From NCBI GenBank assembly GCA_965200245.1, contig CBDATS010000005.1, positions 608,001-672,000 on the forward strand: a DNA stretch of 64,000 nucleotides. The letters are read 5' to 3'. Of the stretch, positions 51,036-61,222 are shown in pieces (the stretch's first letter is position 1; the number at the start of each line of letters is the position of its first letter). The translations under genes were made by a program, and so were the position numbers. The notes under the pieces are model-generated. The model saw nothing but the letters and a program-made list of their open reading frames with translations, had not been told where the DNA came from and did no database searches. Origin of the DNA: a bacterium. Its GTDB lineage: Bacteria > UBA8248.

Positions 51036-53887
51036 GAAAGCACCTTTGCGGCAATGCGGGCGCAGCGCGCCGAGAGATCGGGGAAACGGGGGTCAGAGCC
51101 TACATCTTCGGAAATTTTCCACGACATGGCGCATTTCGCCCCGCGCGCCTCGCTCACCTCGACGGCAAGACCCTCAACTTCTTCGCTGCGGTAGGCATTG
51201 TTCGACGGCACCTCGCCTGCACCTGCGAGCGCCGCGCCCGAGACTATGAACACGCCTTCCATCTCAGATTCGAGGACCATGAGCTTCTCGCGTATAATAT
51301 CTTTGGCGAAGAGCTTCACGCTGAAATTGAGAGAGCTTCCCTTTCCCTTCTCCTGGTTCTGGCGGACGAGTTCGAGTGCCTTGAGTACCTCGCCCCTCGC
51401 ACGCATGAGCGGCTCCCACTTCTCCTCCAAGGCCTCGTCACGCCCTGCGGGGTCGGCCTTCGGCAAGAACGCCAGATGGATACTCTCGCCATTTAGTTTC
51501 GGCGTCAGTTGATAGGCTTCTTCCGCCGTGAAGGGCAGGATCGGCGCCATCATCCTCAGAAGCGCGTCCAGAACATCGTGCATGGTGCTGACACCCGACC
51601 CCCTGTCCATATCGTCAGGCAACGAGATGTAGAGCCTGTCCTTGAGCACGTCGAGATAGAACGAGGACAAATCGACCGCGCAGAAGTTGTTGAGCGCATG
51701 GTATACGGCATGGAACTCGTAATCGGCGTAGGATTGACGCACGCGTTCAACAAGCCTGTCCAGGCGGCTGATGATAAGCCTGTCGATCTCCATACGCTCC
51801 GGCAGGGGAACGGCGTCCTCGCTGGGGTCAAAACTCTCATAATCCTGCAAATTGCCCAGCAAGAAGCGGCAGGTGTTCCTAATCCGGCGGTAAGCCTCGG
51901 CCATGCGGTCGAGAATCTGAGGGGAAATTCGGATGTCTTCCCTATAGTTCTCCCCCGCCACCCAGAGCCTTAATATCTCCGCACCATATTTCTTGATGAT
52001 TTCTTCGGGCGCTATCGTGTTGCCCAGAGACTTGCTCATCTTCTTGCCCTTGCCGTCCACTACGTAGCCGTGGGTAAGCACTTCGCGGTAGGGTGCTGCG
52101 TCCCTCACGCCCACGGCGGCGAGGAGGGAACTGTGGAACCAACCGCGGTGCTGATCGCTGCCCTCCAAATACATATCCGAAGGCCAGGTCAATCCTTCTC
52201 TTTTCTCCAGGACAGCGGCTTGGCTTACACCAGAATCGAACCATACGTCGAGAATGTCTGTCTCTTTCCTGAAAGACGCACCGCCGCATTCGGGGCATTT
52301 GAAGTCCGGCGGCAGGAGTTCGGCCGGCTGTTTTTCGAACCACACGTCCGCGCCTCCTTCCTCCATCATGTCCGCCACCCGGTGCGTCACCTCCGCGTCA
52401 ACAACGACGTAGGCGCAATCCTCGCAATGGAAGGCCACGATGGGTACGCCCCAGGAGCGCTGGCGCGAGATACACCAGTCCGGTCTATTCTCGATCATGC
52501 CGTGGATGCGCTCTTCACCCCAATGCGGTACCCAGACGACCTTTCGAATTTCCTCAAGCGATCGTTTCCTCAAATCGCCGTGCTCCATCGAGATGAACCA
52601 CTGCGGCGTTGCACGGAAAATGGTCGGCCTGTGGCTGCGCCAGTCGTGCGGATAGGGGTGAGTGTAATCCTCTACCGCGAACAGGCGGCCCGATTCGCGC
52701 AGATGCGCGATGATGTTCGGATCCGCATCGAAGACGAACTGCCCAGCAAAATGCGCCACATCGTCGGTGAATCTTCCACCATCCCCCACAGGGCTATAAA
52801 CTTCCAGTCCGTACTTGAGACCAGTCTCGTAGTCCTCGCGTCCGTGGCCGGGGGCGGTGTGCACGACACCCGTTCCCTGATTGAGTGTCACGTAATCGGC
52901 CTGCACGACAAGGGAATCGCGCTCTATCCAAGGATGCCGAGCGCGCAAGCCCTCGATTTCGCCCCCCTGAAAGCTCGCCAACTTTTCGAAGGCGCCGTTC
53001 GAACCTTCTCTTTCTGCCAACTCCTTCAAACGGGGCAGGAAGTGCTCATGGAATATCAGCAACTCCTCCTTATACCGGAACACGCCGTATTCCAGGGACT
53101 CGCTGAACGCAAGGGCCAGATTGGCAGGCAGCGTCCAGGGCGTCGTCGTCCAGATGAGAACGTTCACCGATCGGCCTCCTGCAACCTCACCCAGACCGGG
53201 AATCTTCTCCGCCCAGCCCGAGAGTTGATCGTCTGTGACGGGGAATTTCACGTAGATGCTCGGCGTGGTGATGTCTTCATACTCCACTTCGGCTTCTGCC
53301 AGCGCGGTTCTCAGGCCCGGCGCCCAGTGTACAGGTTTGAGACCCAGATATACGCTGCCCCGCTCGATGAATCGCGCCAGTTCGCGCACCGTGGCGGCCT
53401 CGTAGTCGTAGCTCATGGTTAGGTAGGGTCGCTCCCAATCGCCAAAGACTCCCAAGCGCTTGAACTCGTCGCGCTGAATGTCGATGTATTTTTCAGCGTA
53501 TTCGCGGCACATCCTGCGCTTTTGCACCTCGTCAATCTCGAAGCGCTTACGGCCGAGTTCCTTGTCCACCTGGTGTTCGATAGGCAGTCCATGGCAATCC
53601 CATCCCGGCACATAGACAGCGTCGAAGCCTGCCATCTGCTTCGATTTCACCACGATGTCTTTCAGAATCTTGTTCAGCACCGTGCCCAGGTGAATGTGTC
53701 CGTTCGCATAGGGGGGACCGTCGTGCAGGATGTATTTCTTGCGGCCCTGTGACGCGTCCCTCACCTTCTCGTAAACATTCTGCTCCTCCCAGACGCCGAG
53801 CATCTGCGGCTCGCGCTGAGGCAGGTTCCCCTTCATGGGAAACGATGTCTTAGGCAAGTTCAAGAGATTCTTGTAGTTCGTCGTCAT
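51032..53887 (-). CDS. ileS: Isoleucine--tRNA ligase (type 1)
   Basis: [37 protein letters not shown] and KMSKS. Confidence 0.98.
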   Translation of the reverse strand: MTTNYKNLLNLPKTSFPMKGNLPQREPQMLGVWEEQNVYEKVRDASQGRKKYILHDGPPYANGHIHLGTVLNKILKDIVVKSKQMAGFDAVYVPGWDCHGLPIEHQVDKELGRKRFEIDEVQKRRMCREYAEKYIDIQRDEFKRLGVFGDWERPYLTMSYDYEAATVRELARFIERGSVYLGLKPVHWAPGLRTALAEAEVEYEDITTPSIYVKFPVTDDQLSGWAEKIPGLGEVAGGRSVNVLIWTTTPWTLPANLALAFSESLEYGVFRYKEELLIFHEHFLPRLKELAEREGSNGAFEKLASFQGGEIEGLRARHPWIERDSLVVQADYVTLNQGTGVVHTAPGHGREDYETGLKYGLEVYSPVGDGGRFTDDVAHFAGQFVFDADPNIIAHLRESGRLFAVEDYTHPYPHDWRSHRPTIFRATPQWFISMEHGDLRKRSLEEIRKVVWVPHWGEERIHGMIENRPDWCISRQRSWGVPIVAFHCEDCAYVVVDAEVTHRVADMMEEGGADVWFEKQPAELLPPDFKCPECGGASFRKETDILDVWFDSGVSQAAVLEKREGLTWPSDMYLEGSDQHRGWFHSSLLAAVGVRDAAPYREVLTHGYVVDGKGKKMSKSLGNTIAPEEIIKKYGAEILRLWVAGENYREDIRISPQILDRMAEAYRRIRNTCRFLLGNLQDYESFDPSEDAVPLPERMEIDRLIISRLDRLVERVRQSYADYEFHAVYHALNNFCAVDLSSFYLDVLKDRLYISLPDDMDRGSGVSTMHDVLDALLRMMAPILPFTAEEAYQLTPKLNGESIHLAFLPKADPAGRDEALEEKWEPLMRARGEVLKALELVRQNQEKGKGSSLNFSVKLFAKDIIREKLMVLESEMEGVFIVSGAALAGAGEVPSNNAYRSEEVEGLAVEVSEARGAKCAMSWKISEDVGSDPRFPDLSARCARIAAKVLS

Positions 53888-54927
53888 ATCCTCTCATTCA
53901 ACCTCTGCGTTTGTTTCGCAGCCGATACGGGCATCCCGGGAATTCCCGCCGACTCCCTCACGAGGCGCATCGTCGCCTGCGCCTCCGACCTGGCTTTCGC
54001 TCCCCCTTCGGCCAAAACATCTTTCACGTATTCAATATCCTGCTCCAGGCGTTTTCTCTCTTCCCGGTATGGAGCGAAATAAGCATCCATCTTTTCGAAG
54101 AGAATCTGCTTCGCGTTGCCGTAGCCGAACCCGGGCGTGCGGTATTTATCTCTCAATTCATCTTGTTCCGCCTCGTCCGTCAAGAGTTGATACAAGGCGA
54201 ACACGTTGCAAGCGTCGGGGTCTTTGGACTCTTCGAGCGGAGTGGAGTCAGTAACTATTGACATTACCCGCTTTCTGAGGCGTTTGCCTTCCTCGAATAT
54301 CTCAATCGTGTTGCCGTAGCTCTTGCTCATTTTCTGGCCGTCGAGGCCGGGCACCTTGGCACCCGCATCGAGCCTGACGGTGGGCAGTGGGAAGATTTCC
54401 CCATACATGTTGTTGAAGGCCAGCGCCATATCTCTGGTCATTTCGAGGTGTTGTACCTGGTCCTCACCCACGGGCACGATGGTGGAACGGTAGATGAGGA
54501 TATCGGCGGCCATGAGCATGGGGTAATAATAAAGCCCCATCGATGGGTTGATACCCCTCGCCACCTTGTCCTTGTAAGACGTGGCGCGATCCAAAAGCCC
54601 CTTCCCCGTGACGGCGGAGAGCATCCAAGCGAGTTCGTTCACCTCGGGCACATCGGATTGGCGGAAGAAAACCGCCTTGTCAGGATCGAGACCTAATGCA
54701 AGATAATCCATCGCCACGTCGAGCGTCTGGCGGGCGAGGAGTTCCTTGTCATGCACCGTCGTCATGGCGTGGTAGTTCGCGATGAAGTAGAAGGCTTCGG
54801 CCTCGTCCTGGAGCGCGATGTGCTGTCTGAGCGCGCCGAAATAGTTTCCCAGGTGCAGTTTCCCTGAAGGCTGCACACCGGAGAGAAACCGGGTCGGCCG
54901 ATTTTTCTGGCCCTGATTATCCGTCAT
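53884..54927 (-). CDS. trpS: Tryptophan--tRNA ligase
   Basis: QPSG.LHLGN, YP.LMAADI, PVGEDQ and KMSKS. Confidence 0.97.
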   Translation of the reverse strand: MTDNQGQKNRPTRFLSGVQPSGKLHLGNYFGALRQHIALQDEAEAFYFIANYHAMTTVHDKELLARQTLDVAMDYLALGLDPDKAVFFRQSDVPEVNELAWMLSAVTGKGLLDRATSYKDKVARGINPSMGLYYYPMLMAADILIYRSTIVPVGEDQVQHLEMTRDMALAFNNMYGEIFPLPTVRLDAGAKVPGLDGQKMSKSYGNTIEIFEEGKRLRKRVMSIVTDSTPLEESKDPDACNVFALYQLLTDEAEQDELRDKYRTPGFGYGNAKQILFEKMDAYFAPYREERKRLEQDIEYVKDVLAEGGAKARSEAQATMRLVRESAGIPGMPVSAAKQTQRLNERI

Positions 54928-54964
54928 CTGCGTGTCCTTCAAGCGCGTACTGGCAAGAAATCCG

Positions 54965-55636
54965 CTACGCCAAACCTAATATCCTGAGAAGATTTAACAC
55001 AAAAACCCGCTCGGCCGTAGCCAGCGCGAAGAAAATCGGCATCATGATCTTGTGGAAAACACCCAGCAGCAATAAACCCAGCACGATGAAGAACCCGAAC
55101 GGCTCGCTGCGCGAGTAAGTCCACGTCAATCTTCTCGGCAAAAGCCCCATGACGATCCTCCCCCCGTCGAAGGGGAGGATGGGAATCAGGTTGAACGCGG
55201 CGAGCGCGGTGTTGATCGTGAAGCTCGCCTGCAGCATCAACGTGAGCGGCTCGCCCACGAAAGAGTAGCCCAACCCCCAGACGCGCATGAGGGTAAACAA
55301 AAAACCGCTGATGATGGCCAGAGCGAAATTCGTCGCCGGCCCTGCGAGGGCCACCCACATCATCCCACGCCTCGGATGGCGAAAGTTCCGTGGATCCACC
55401 GGCACGGGCTTCGCCCAACCGAAGCCCACGCCCGCCATCATGGAGATGACGAAGGCCAGCGTCCCCAATGGATCGAGATGTACGATGGGGTTCAAGCTCA
55501 GGCGGCCGAGCATGCGCGCTGTGTTGTCACCCAATTTGCCGGCCATCCATCCGTGCGCCACCTCGTGAAAAGTGAGCGCAAGCAGAATCGCAGGCACCGC
55601 GATCAGCAATTGCTGAATGAAATCCGAGGAGAACAA
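54965..55636 (-). CDS. Site-2 protease (M50, YwhC-like)
   Basis: HEVAH, AGP..N and FNLIPILPFDG. Confidence 0.93.
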   Translation of the reverse strand: MFSSDFIQQLLIAVPAILLALTFHEVAHGWMAGKLGDNTARMLGRLSLNPIVHLDPLGTLAFVISMMAGVGFGWAKPVPVDPRNFRHPRRGMMWVALAGPATNFALAIISGFLFTLMRVWGLGYSFVGEPLTLMLQASFTINTALAAFNLIPILPFDGGRIVMGLLPRRLTWTYSRSEPFGFFIVLGLLLLGVFHKIMMPIFFALATAERVFVLNLLRILGLA

Positions 55637-55846
55637 GACAGCCCCTTAGTGGGATGAGAGAACCGACGGTGAATGGGCAGCGTGAACTCTTGCAGTCCAA
55701 GAAGCAAAATGCTGACCCCGGAAATTCCCTGCGCCGGAAATTTCCCTGCCTGGCGACGGGAGTTTCACCCGCAAACCAGTTGGATTCTATGGGCTCGGGA
55801 TCGGAGGGTCAAACCCATAACGCGCTGTGAAATGCTGGTTTCGTGG

Positions 55847-56404
55847 CTATCTCGCTTGACCGAATGAATCCCGAAAGAAAATCTCAGCGGGGTCTTTGCG
55901 CGCGGGCGGCTTGTTGTCCTTGGCTTGGACATCGGGGTGCAGATCTTCGGTCTTGCCCGGATAACCCACGGCGAAAAGCGCCGCCACGCGAAACGGCTCG
56001 GGGATGTGAAAGTTCTCAAGTACTTTTGGCTCGTCCCACCCTGCCATGGCGTGAACGGTCAGCCCGAAATCACTGCCCTGGAGCAGGAGATTCTCGAGTG
56101 CCATGCCGACGTCGAGCAAATAGCGATCCTGCCCGAAACGCTCGGGCTGCTCTTCGGGGTTTCCGAGAATAATCATCTTGAGCGGTGCTGCGACCGCCCA
56201 CTGGCGGTTCCCCTCGTTCAGGCATTCGTTGAATTTTTCCTGCGCTGCTTCTGATTCCACTACGATAACGCGCCAGGGTTGGCGGTTGTTCGAAGACGGC
56301 GCCCAGCGGAACGCCTCCAGCATGGCTTCGAGCTTCTCGGGCTCGGGCGGTATTCCGTTGAAGGCACGCAAGCTCCTTCTGTTCTTGATGAGCGGGTGCA
56401 TCAT
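55847..56404 (-). CDS. Nitroreductase family protein
   Basis: RRS.R.F, APSSNNRQPW and VGYP. Confidence 0.9.
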   Translation of the reverse strand: MMHPLIKNRRSLRAFNGIPPEPEKLEAMLEAFRWAPSSNNRQPWRVIVVESEAAQEKFNECLNEGNRQWAVAAPLKMIILGNPEEQPERFGQDRYLLDVGMALENLLLQGSDFGLTVHAMAGWDEPKVLENFHIPEPFRVAALFAVGYPGKTEDLHPDVQAKDNKPPARKDPAEIFFRDSFGQAR

Positions 56405-56525
56405 TACTTCCCTCCCTAATGAATAAAATCAAAGCGAAAAGCACCCTACACAGAGGGAAACTCTACAACATTATCGCGCATATTTCCATCGCACTTCACA
56501 GTCGAATCGGAATTTCGCAAGAGAT

Positions 56526-57353
56526 TTACTCTGAATCCCCGAAGCGAGCATCTCGCCAGGCGACGGCGGCGCGGAGGCCCTCGGTTCGCGCGATTCCAAG
56601 AAACCTGGCCTTATCCTCCGTACCCCTACCCTCAATCATCAAGTCCATGTCGAGCGCGGCCTCGAGCGATCGACCCATTCCCATGATCTCGCAGGTTTGG
56701 TTGAGCGCCAGTTTGGTGGCACGCAGGAGGCCTTGATCCACCAACGTCATCTTCCTCGCTAGTGAGAGGGCGGTGTCCAGCACCTCGGCTTGAGGAACAA
56801 CCCGGTTCACCAAACCGATGCGACGAGCCTCCTCGGCCGGAATGCCATCCTCTCCGGTCAGGATGATCTCCTTCGCCAGCTTGGGGTTCGTGAGCCAGGG
56901 CAGCAGCATGACAACTATCCCTGCACCGAACTTGAGTTCGGGCTCCCCGAACATGGCATCTTCCGCCGCGACGGTAACGTCGCAGGCGAGCGCAAGTTCA
57001 CAGCCTCCCGCCAAGGCGTACCCGCGTACGGCAGCGACAGTGGGTTTGGAGAGATTCCAAAAGCGCATGACAGTGTCGAAGTCCAGTCTGAGCGTGCGCC
57101 GCCACTCAGCGAAACCTGTTGGCGTGTTCTCGGCCTGTTCCTTGAGATCAAAGCCGGAAGAAAATGACTTGCCCTCCCCCGTAAGAACAGCGACGAATAT
57201 GGAATCTGTCGCCTCTATGAAATCACATGCCTCGTTCAACTCACGCAGCATGACACGGTTCATGGCGTTCAGTCGCTCCGGACGGTTCAGGCTCACGACG
57301 GCGATGTGGTCATGCACCTCGAACAGGAGTGTCTCGAAAACGGGGATGTTCAT
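56526..57353 (-). CDS. Enoyl-CoA hydratase/isomerase family protein
   Basis: LNRP..LNA, FSSGFDL, ALAGGCELALACD and FGEPE. Confidence 0.92.
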   Translation of the reverse strand: MNIPVFETLLFEVHDHIAVVSLNRPERLNAMNRVMLRELNEACDFIEATDSIFVAVLTGEGKSFSSGFDLKEQAENTPTGFAEWRRTLRLDFDTVMRFWNLSKPTVAAVRGYALAGGCELALACDVTVAAEDAMFGEPELKFGAGIVVMLLPWLTNPKLAKEIILTGEDGIPAEEARRIGLVNRVVPQAEVLDTALSLARKMTLVDQGLLRATKLALNQTCEIMGMGRSLEAALDMDLMIEGRGTEDKARFLGIARTEGLRAAVAWRDARFGDSE

Positions 57354-58174
57354 CAGGATGTATTCCTCGATAAAAACGCCAGAATCCTTTTGGCGGAGGC
57401 TTCAGGGCGTTCGGAATAGAAGTGATGGCCCGTGTTCTCGATGATAACGAGTTCCGCTCCCGGGATACGGCTGGCCATCAGCCTCGAATTCTCTGTGGGC
57501 ACGAGAACGTCAGCCTCGCCCGAGATGACGAGCGTCGGAACGCGCAAGTTCCTGATTTCTTCCGAAACGTCGAACTCCGCCACTCCCTGACTGCGCCGTT
57601 CAATCTCTTCTTTGCCAATGGGAAAGCGGCGCTTGAAACCGTCGTAGAAAGCGACTACCTCGGGGCTTTCGTCTATCGTTTCGGGGTGAAAAAGCGTCTC
57701 CAATGCCGCTCGGCGTTCAACTTCTGTGGCATCGGGCGTGCCGCCTCGCGCGCGTGTCTCCCGGACACCCGGTGCGGACGTGACTTTCTCACTTCCCCCA
57801 AAGTGAGAACACGCGACGATGAGGCTCCTGAGTCTTCCGGGATGTTTCACCGCGAAGGAGAGCGCTATCATTCCCCCATAAGAGCCACCCATCAGGTGAA
57901 ACGAATCGAGACCGAGGCCTTCGACCAGCCCTAGGAGGTCTTCCGCCATGCGCGCAGGGGCGCGGTCGCCATCATCTGCATACGCCTTCGTCCGGCCCGT
58001 TCCCCGGTTATCCGGCATGATGAGACGGCAATGCGCCGCGAGGAGGCCCCGGAGTTTCCCCCAGACCTCCACCGTGGCCGTCAAACCGCCCACCATCACC
58101 AAAGGCTCACCCGTACCCTCTTCTTCATAATAAACGTCGAGTTTCCCCCGGCTCTCGATCAACAGCGTCGCCAC
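57353..58174 (-). CDS. Alpha/beta hydrolase (enol-lactone hydrolase-like)
   Basis: DNRGTG, GGSYGG nucleophile elbow, G..D and GH. Confidence 0.88.
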   Translation of the reverse strand: MATLLIESRGKLDVYYEEEGTGEPLVMVGGLTATVEVWGKLRGLLAAHCRLIMPDNRGTGRTKAYADDGDRAPARMAEDLLGLVEGLGLDSFHLMGGSYGGMIALSFAVKHPGRLRSLIVACSHFGGSEKVTSAPGVRETRARGGTPDATEVERRAALETLFHPETIDESPEVVAFYDGFKRRFPIGKEEIERRSQGVAEFDVSEEIRNLRVPTLVISGEADVLVPTENSRLMASRIPGAELVIIENTGHHFYSERPEASAKRILAFLSRNTS

Positions 58175-58193
58175 TTGAGGCTCCTATCAGTTC

Positions 58194-59372
58194 CTACGCA
58201 CCCAGTTTCTCGGCCATCCAGTCCGCCATGTAACCCACGACAGGCGCAACGTAGTCCATGTGGCAATGCTGGGAGCCACCGTCGGTGCCTTTATAGACCC
58301 GCAAGGTCTTGTCCTTCGAACCCACCGCCCTGTAGAGTGATTTCGCGTCTGCGAGCGGAATTTGCTGGTCATCCTCCCCATGCACGAGCAGGAAGGGGCA
58401 TTTCATCCGTTGCACTACGCCGTCGAGCCGAAACCCTTCGAGTTTCTGCAAGCCCTCTTCCGCCGTCTTGACGTTGAAGCTCCACGCCAGGTGATTGCCC
58501 GGCGAGGGAAGCTGAATCCTGAACGCCGCCTCAATGCGCCGTTTCCAGATGGCATGGTAGTCCCAAATCGCGCCGTGGGCGAGACAGGCCTTAAAGCGGG
58601 GCTCCATGCTGGCGGTCCTAGGCGCGTAGTACCCCCCCAGGCTCGACGCCATGATGCCGGCTCGCTTCGGGTTCACGTCCTTACGCTTTTCGAGCCAGTC
58701 GAGAACCGCCGAGCCCGCCACCTCGTAGTCGTGTCTCAAATATATCTTGCGGAAACGTATGGCCTCGCCCACACCCGGGCTGTCAACCACCATCACGCTA
58801 ATCCCGCGCCGGGCGAGTTCGCCCGCCGAGATGATCATGGGCGATTCCTTGGTACCGTCAAAACCCGAATACAGCACGACCACGGGGGGCCTTGATTTGC
58901 GAGTGTTCTCTGCATGGACGAAATAACCAGGCAGCGATTTGCCCCCCTCGTAGGGAATCTCGACGATCTCCGCCTTGGGCCTGTCATTCAGGTTGACGTA
59001 GCGCTGAAAGCTGTCGATAGATTTTCGATAAACACCCTGTGAGACCTTATCCTTCGGGAAGCGGAAGCGATCGGCCATCTGATGATAGGTGGAGGAGCGG
59101 CAGAAATGACCCGCCGCCGTGAGGTGCTTGCCGCGCCGCTGCGCCGTCACGCCCATGGCACGAATGCGGTCGCCCATACGTTTCCACTCCTCGAACCAGT
59201 GTTCATCATTGCCAACGTTTTCATCGAGATTTCTGCAGACCTCGAAAATCTCCGACGTATCCGCCCCGCCGCCAGCCACGCGCATGAGGCCCATGGAAGT
59301 GATGAACGACCAGCGATAGTTGTCGGGAAAGTAGGTGAACCACGGAATATTGCGTACCGCTTTGACGACCAT
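58194..59372 (-). CDS. Alpha/beta hydrolase, 2,6-dihydroxypseudooxynicotine hydrolase/FrsA-like
   Basis: W..EW N-terminal domain, GFDGTKE, D.PG.GE, SLGGYYA and HGEDD..QHC. Confidence 0.82.
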   Translation of the reverse strand: MVVKAVRNIPWFTYFPDNYRWSFITSMGLMRVAGGGADTSEIFEVCRNLDENVGNDEHWFEEWKRMGDRIRAMGVTAQRRGKHLTAAGHFCRSSTYHQMADRFRFPKDKVSQGVYRKSIDSFQRYVNLNDRPKAEIVEIPYEGGKSLPGYFVHAENTRKSRPPVVVLYSGFDGTKESPMIISAGELARRGISVMVVDSPGVGEAIRFRKIYLRHDYEVAGSAVLDWLEKRKDVNPKRAGIMASSLGGYYAPRTASMEPRFKACLAHGAIWDYHAIWKRRIEAAFRIQLPSPGNHLAWSFNVKTAEEGLQKLEGFRLDGVVQRMKCPFLLVHGEDDQQIPLADAKSLYRAVGSKDKTLRVYKGTDGGSQHCHMDYVAPVVGYMADWMAEKLGA

Positions 59373-59495
59373 ACGCGCTCTCCTCCTATGTCGATATATG
59401 GAAACACTTTCGCCTGTGATGCGGCGAAGTATACGCGAGATGATCCACTTCTTGGAATCGGGTTATGATTCACGAACCGCATCGATGATACTCTC

Positions 59496-59942
59496 TTGAA
59501 TAAACCACCGGCAGGAGAACAGGAAATACCTTTTTACAGCACCGAAACCATCGAGAAGGTAAAGCTCAGCACGGGAAACCCGGGCGAGTACAAGCCACTG
59601 GCCGGAGAATTCATAAAGGCGGGTGTCGTCACGTATCGCAGGGGCACGGGTTCCAAACCCCACTGGCACAACAACGAGGAACAATACATCTACATCATCG
59701 AAGGCAAGCGCTACATGCGCTTGGGCGATGAGGAGCGAATCATCGGCCCCGGCGACATCGTCCACATCCCCCGGGGAACGCTCCACGGCGGCAGGACACT
59801 CACCGAAAAGGCGGTGATGTTCGTGGCGAAATCCCCCGCCGCAGACCCCGACCTGGGGGCCGACCACCACTACCCGGAAAACCTTCAAGGCATCATCAAA
59901 CACCTCGATACCAAGGCGGAGAAACTCTACGGTAAAGTGTAG
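59496..59942 (+). CDS. Cupin-domain protein
   Basis: PHWHNNEEQYIYIIEG and GD...IP.G..H cupin motifs; start uncertain. Confidence 0.88.
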   Translation: MNKPPAGEQEIPFYSTETIEKVKLSTGNPGEYKPLAGEFIKAGVVTYRRGTGSKPHWHNNEEQYIYIIEGKRYMRLGDEERIIGPGDIVHIPRGTLHGGRTLTEKAVMFVAKSPAADPDLGADHHYPENLQGIIKHLDTKAEKLYGKV

Positions 59943-60076
59943 GCTGTAGGATTGAGTCATATCCAGGGGCACTGCCCTTGGAGAAACTATTGGAAGATAA
60001 AGCAGTCAATAAATCCTGGCTAAAAACAGAAAAGCTAAAAAGAAGGGAATTATATATTAAAGTTGCGTGGGTTTTC

Positions 60077-60199
60077 TTAGAATTTTCCAGCCGCGAAGAT
60101 TGCCTTGGCAATTCTTTCAGGAGAGTCGTCTATCTTCAAAACTCTAGTTTCCGGCCTGCCTTGCGGTTCCTTTTTCTTGTCTTGTTTACCTTCACCCAT
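60077..60199 (-). CDS. 40-aa peptide MGEGKQDKKKEPQGRPETRVLKIDDSPERIAKAIFAAGKF
   Basis: Hand translation; ATG 5 nt after the upstream stop, with AGGT RBS; ends just inside the IR. Confidence 0.5.
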   Translation of the reverse strand: MGEGKQDKKKEPQGRPETRVLKIDDSPERIAKAIFAAGKF

Positions 60200-60204
60200 C
60201 TTTA

Positions 60205-60537
60205 TTACCTGCTTTGCTGGCTTTCACTTGGTGCGGGTAGTCTCAGAAGAATAATTTCAACATTTTTTCTTATTGATTCCGTGTCTTTTTTCACGTCTTC
60301 AATTCATTTCGCAAGACTGTCTATTCGTCCATCCAATCTTTTAACTTCGATAACTACTTTACCTTCCACTCTTTTAATTTCTGACTTAGTGATTCCATCC
60401 AGTTTTTCAACTTGCGCTTTGACCGGCACAACCTGAGCGTTAGCTATATAGTTAGTCCCGTTATAAATTCCAATTAAGACAGCTATAATGAGCAACCCGA
60501 ATGTCCATAACCCCGCATGTTCTTTCAACCACTTCAT
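60205..60537 (-). pseudogene. TM plus coiled-coil small protein interrupted by an in-frame TGA at 60304-60306
   Basis: AGGAGG RBS; the 77-aa ORF continues in frame after the TGA (IEDVKKDTESIRKNVEIILLRLPAPSESQQSR) to TAA at 60205. Confidence 0.55.
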
Positions 60538-60599
60538 CTTCAGTCCTCCTTACCCTTACAATATACGTCTTTTAGAACAAAAAAAGCCACAACCTGAGT

Positions 60600-60833
60600 T
60601 TAGTTTTTGATCTCATAAAACTCGTGCCACCGCTTCAATGCTTCATTGTACTTCGTCCAGTACCCAGAAAACGGCTCTTTCCCGTCACGGAGTGCCCTGT
60701 GCCATTTTTGCGAGCGCTCAAAATACTCTTCTATGAGATAATCGCCTTGCGGATACTCAAATCTGAGCATCTCTTTCGTGTGGATATCAAGGCTGGTTTC
60801 CGAACAGGCTTCAACAGCAATTTGGCCATCTTC
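60600..60833 (-). pseudogene. 5'-truncated or frameshifted gene fragment (or a 56-aa ORF from ATG 60770)
   Basis: Open frame ..EACSETSLDIHTKEMLRFEYPQGDYLIEEYFERSQKWH..WHEFYEIKN*. Confidence 0.4.
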
Positions 60834-61222
60834 TCAACCTTGGCATGGACTTCAGGTGGTATGGACTTGTAATTACTTAATTATTTGCAGCCACGCATAG
60901 TTATCCATATAATTCCCCAAATGAAGTTTGTGAAAGAGTGAAAACATCTTGGAAGTTGTTTTGCGCGATCTGTCCCAATTAAATTGTTTGGTGAGTCAAA
61001 TATATAATTCCCGAAAATACCAATTTCCTAGTACGAATCAATAAACCATCGGTTCGCACCACCCACTTTCCCGGTCGAGTTTGATCCATCACAATATGTT
61101 GCGCTCATGCGCCCTCGATTCTCCCATATCGAGCAATACGTCCATTAAAGCCGGATTGCCTGCTTCTGGTGGTTGCGCGTATACTGCGCTCGTCGGAATT
61201 CCCCCAATCGTGAGGCCGAACC

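Larger units (their letters stand above)
60045..61012. mobile_element. Non-autonomous IS1595-family-like (ISNwi1-type ends) cassette or remnant
   Basis: Perfect 14-bp IR GGGAATTATATATT (60045-60058) / AATATATAATTCCC (60999-61012); extra internal end ATATAATTCCC (60907-60917); AT-rich; no transposase recognised. Confidence 0.65.

Noticed and set aside
44228-53422. Long antisense ORFs (e.g. 44228-45430 and 52070-53422; also 18537-19652 and 21314-22507)
   Set aside because: Shadow frames of well-supported GC-rich genes, with no motifs
54943-55846. T-box leaders for trpS or ileS
   Set aside because: The intergenic gaps are too short or lack the T-box consensus (GGTGG.ACC)
59978-60436. 152-aa plus-strand ORF in the AT-rich block
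   Set aside because: It crosses the inverted-repeat boundary and is antisense to ORFs with a clear RBS; its F/L/S-rich composition is typical of a shadow frame
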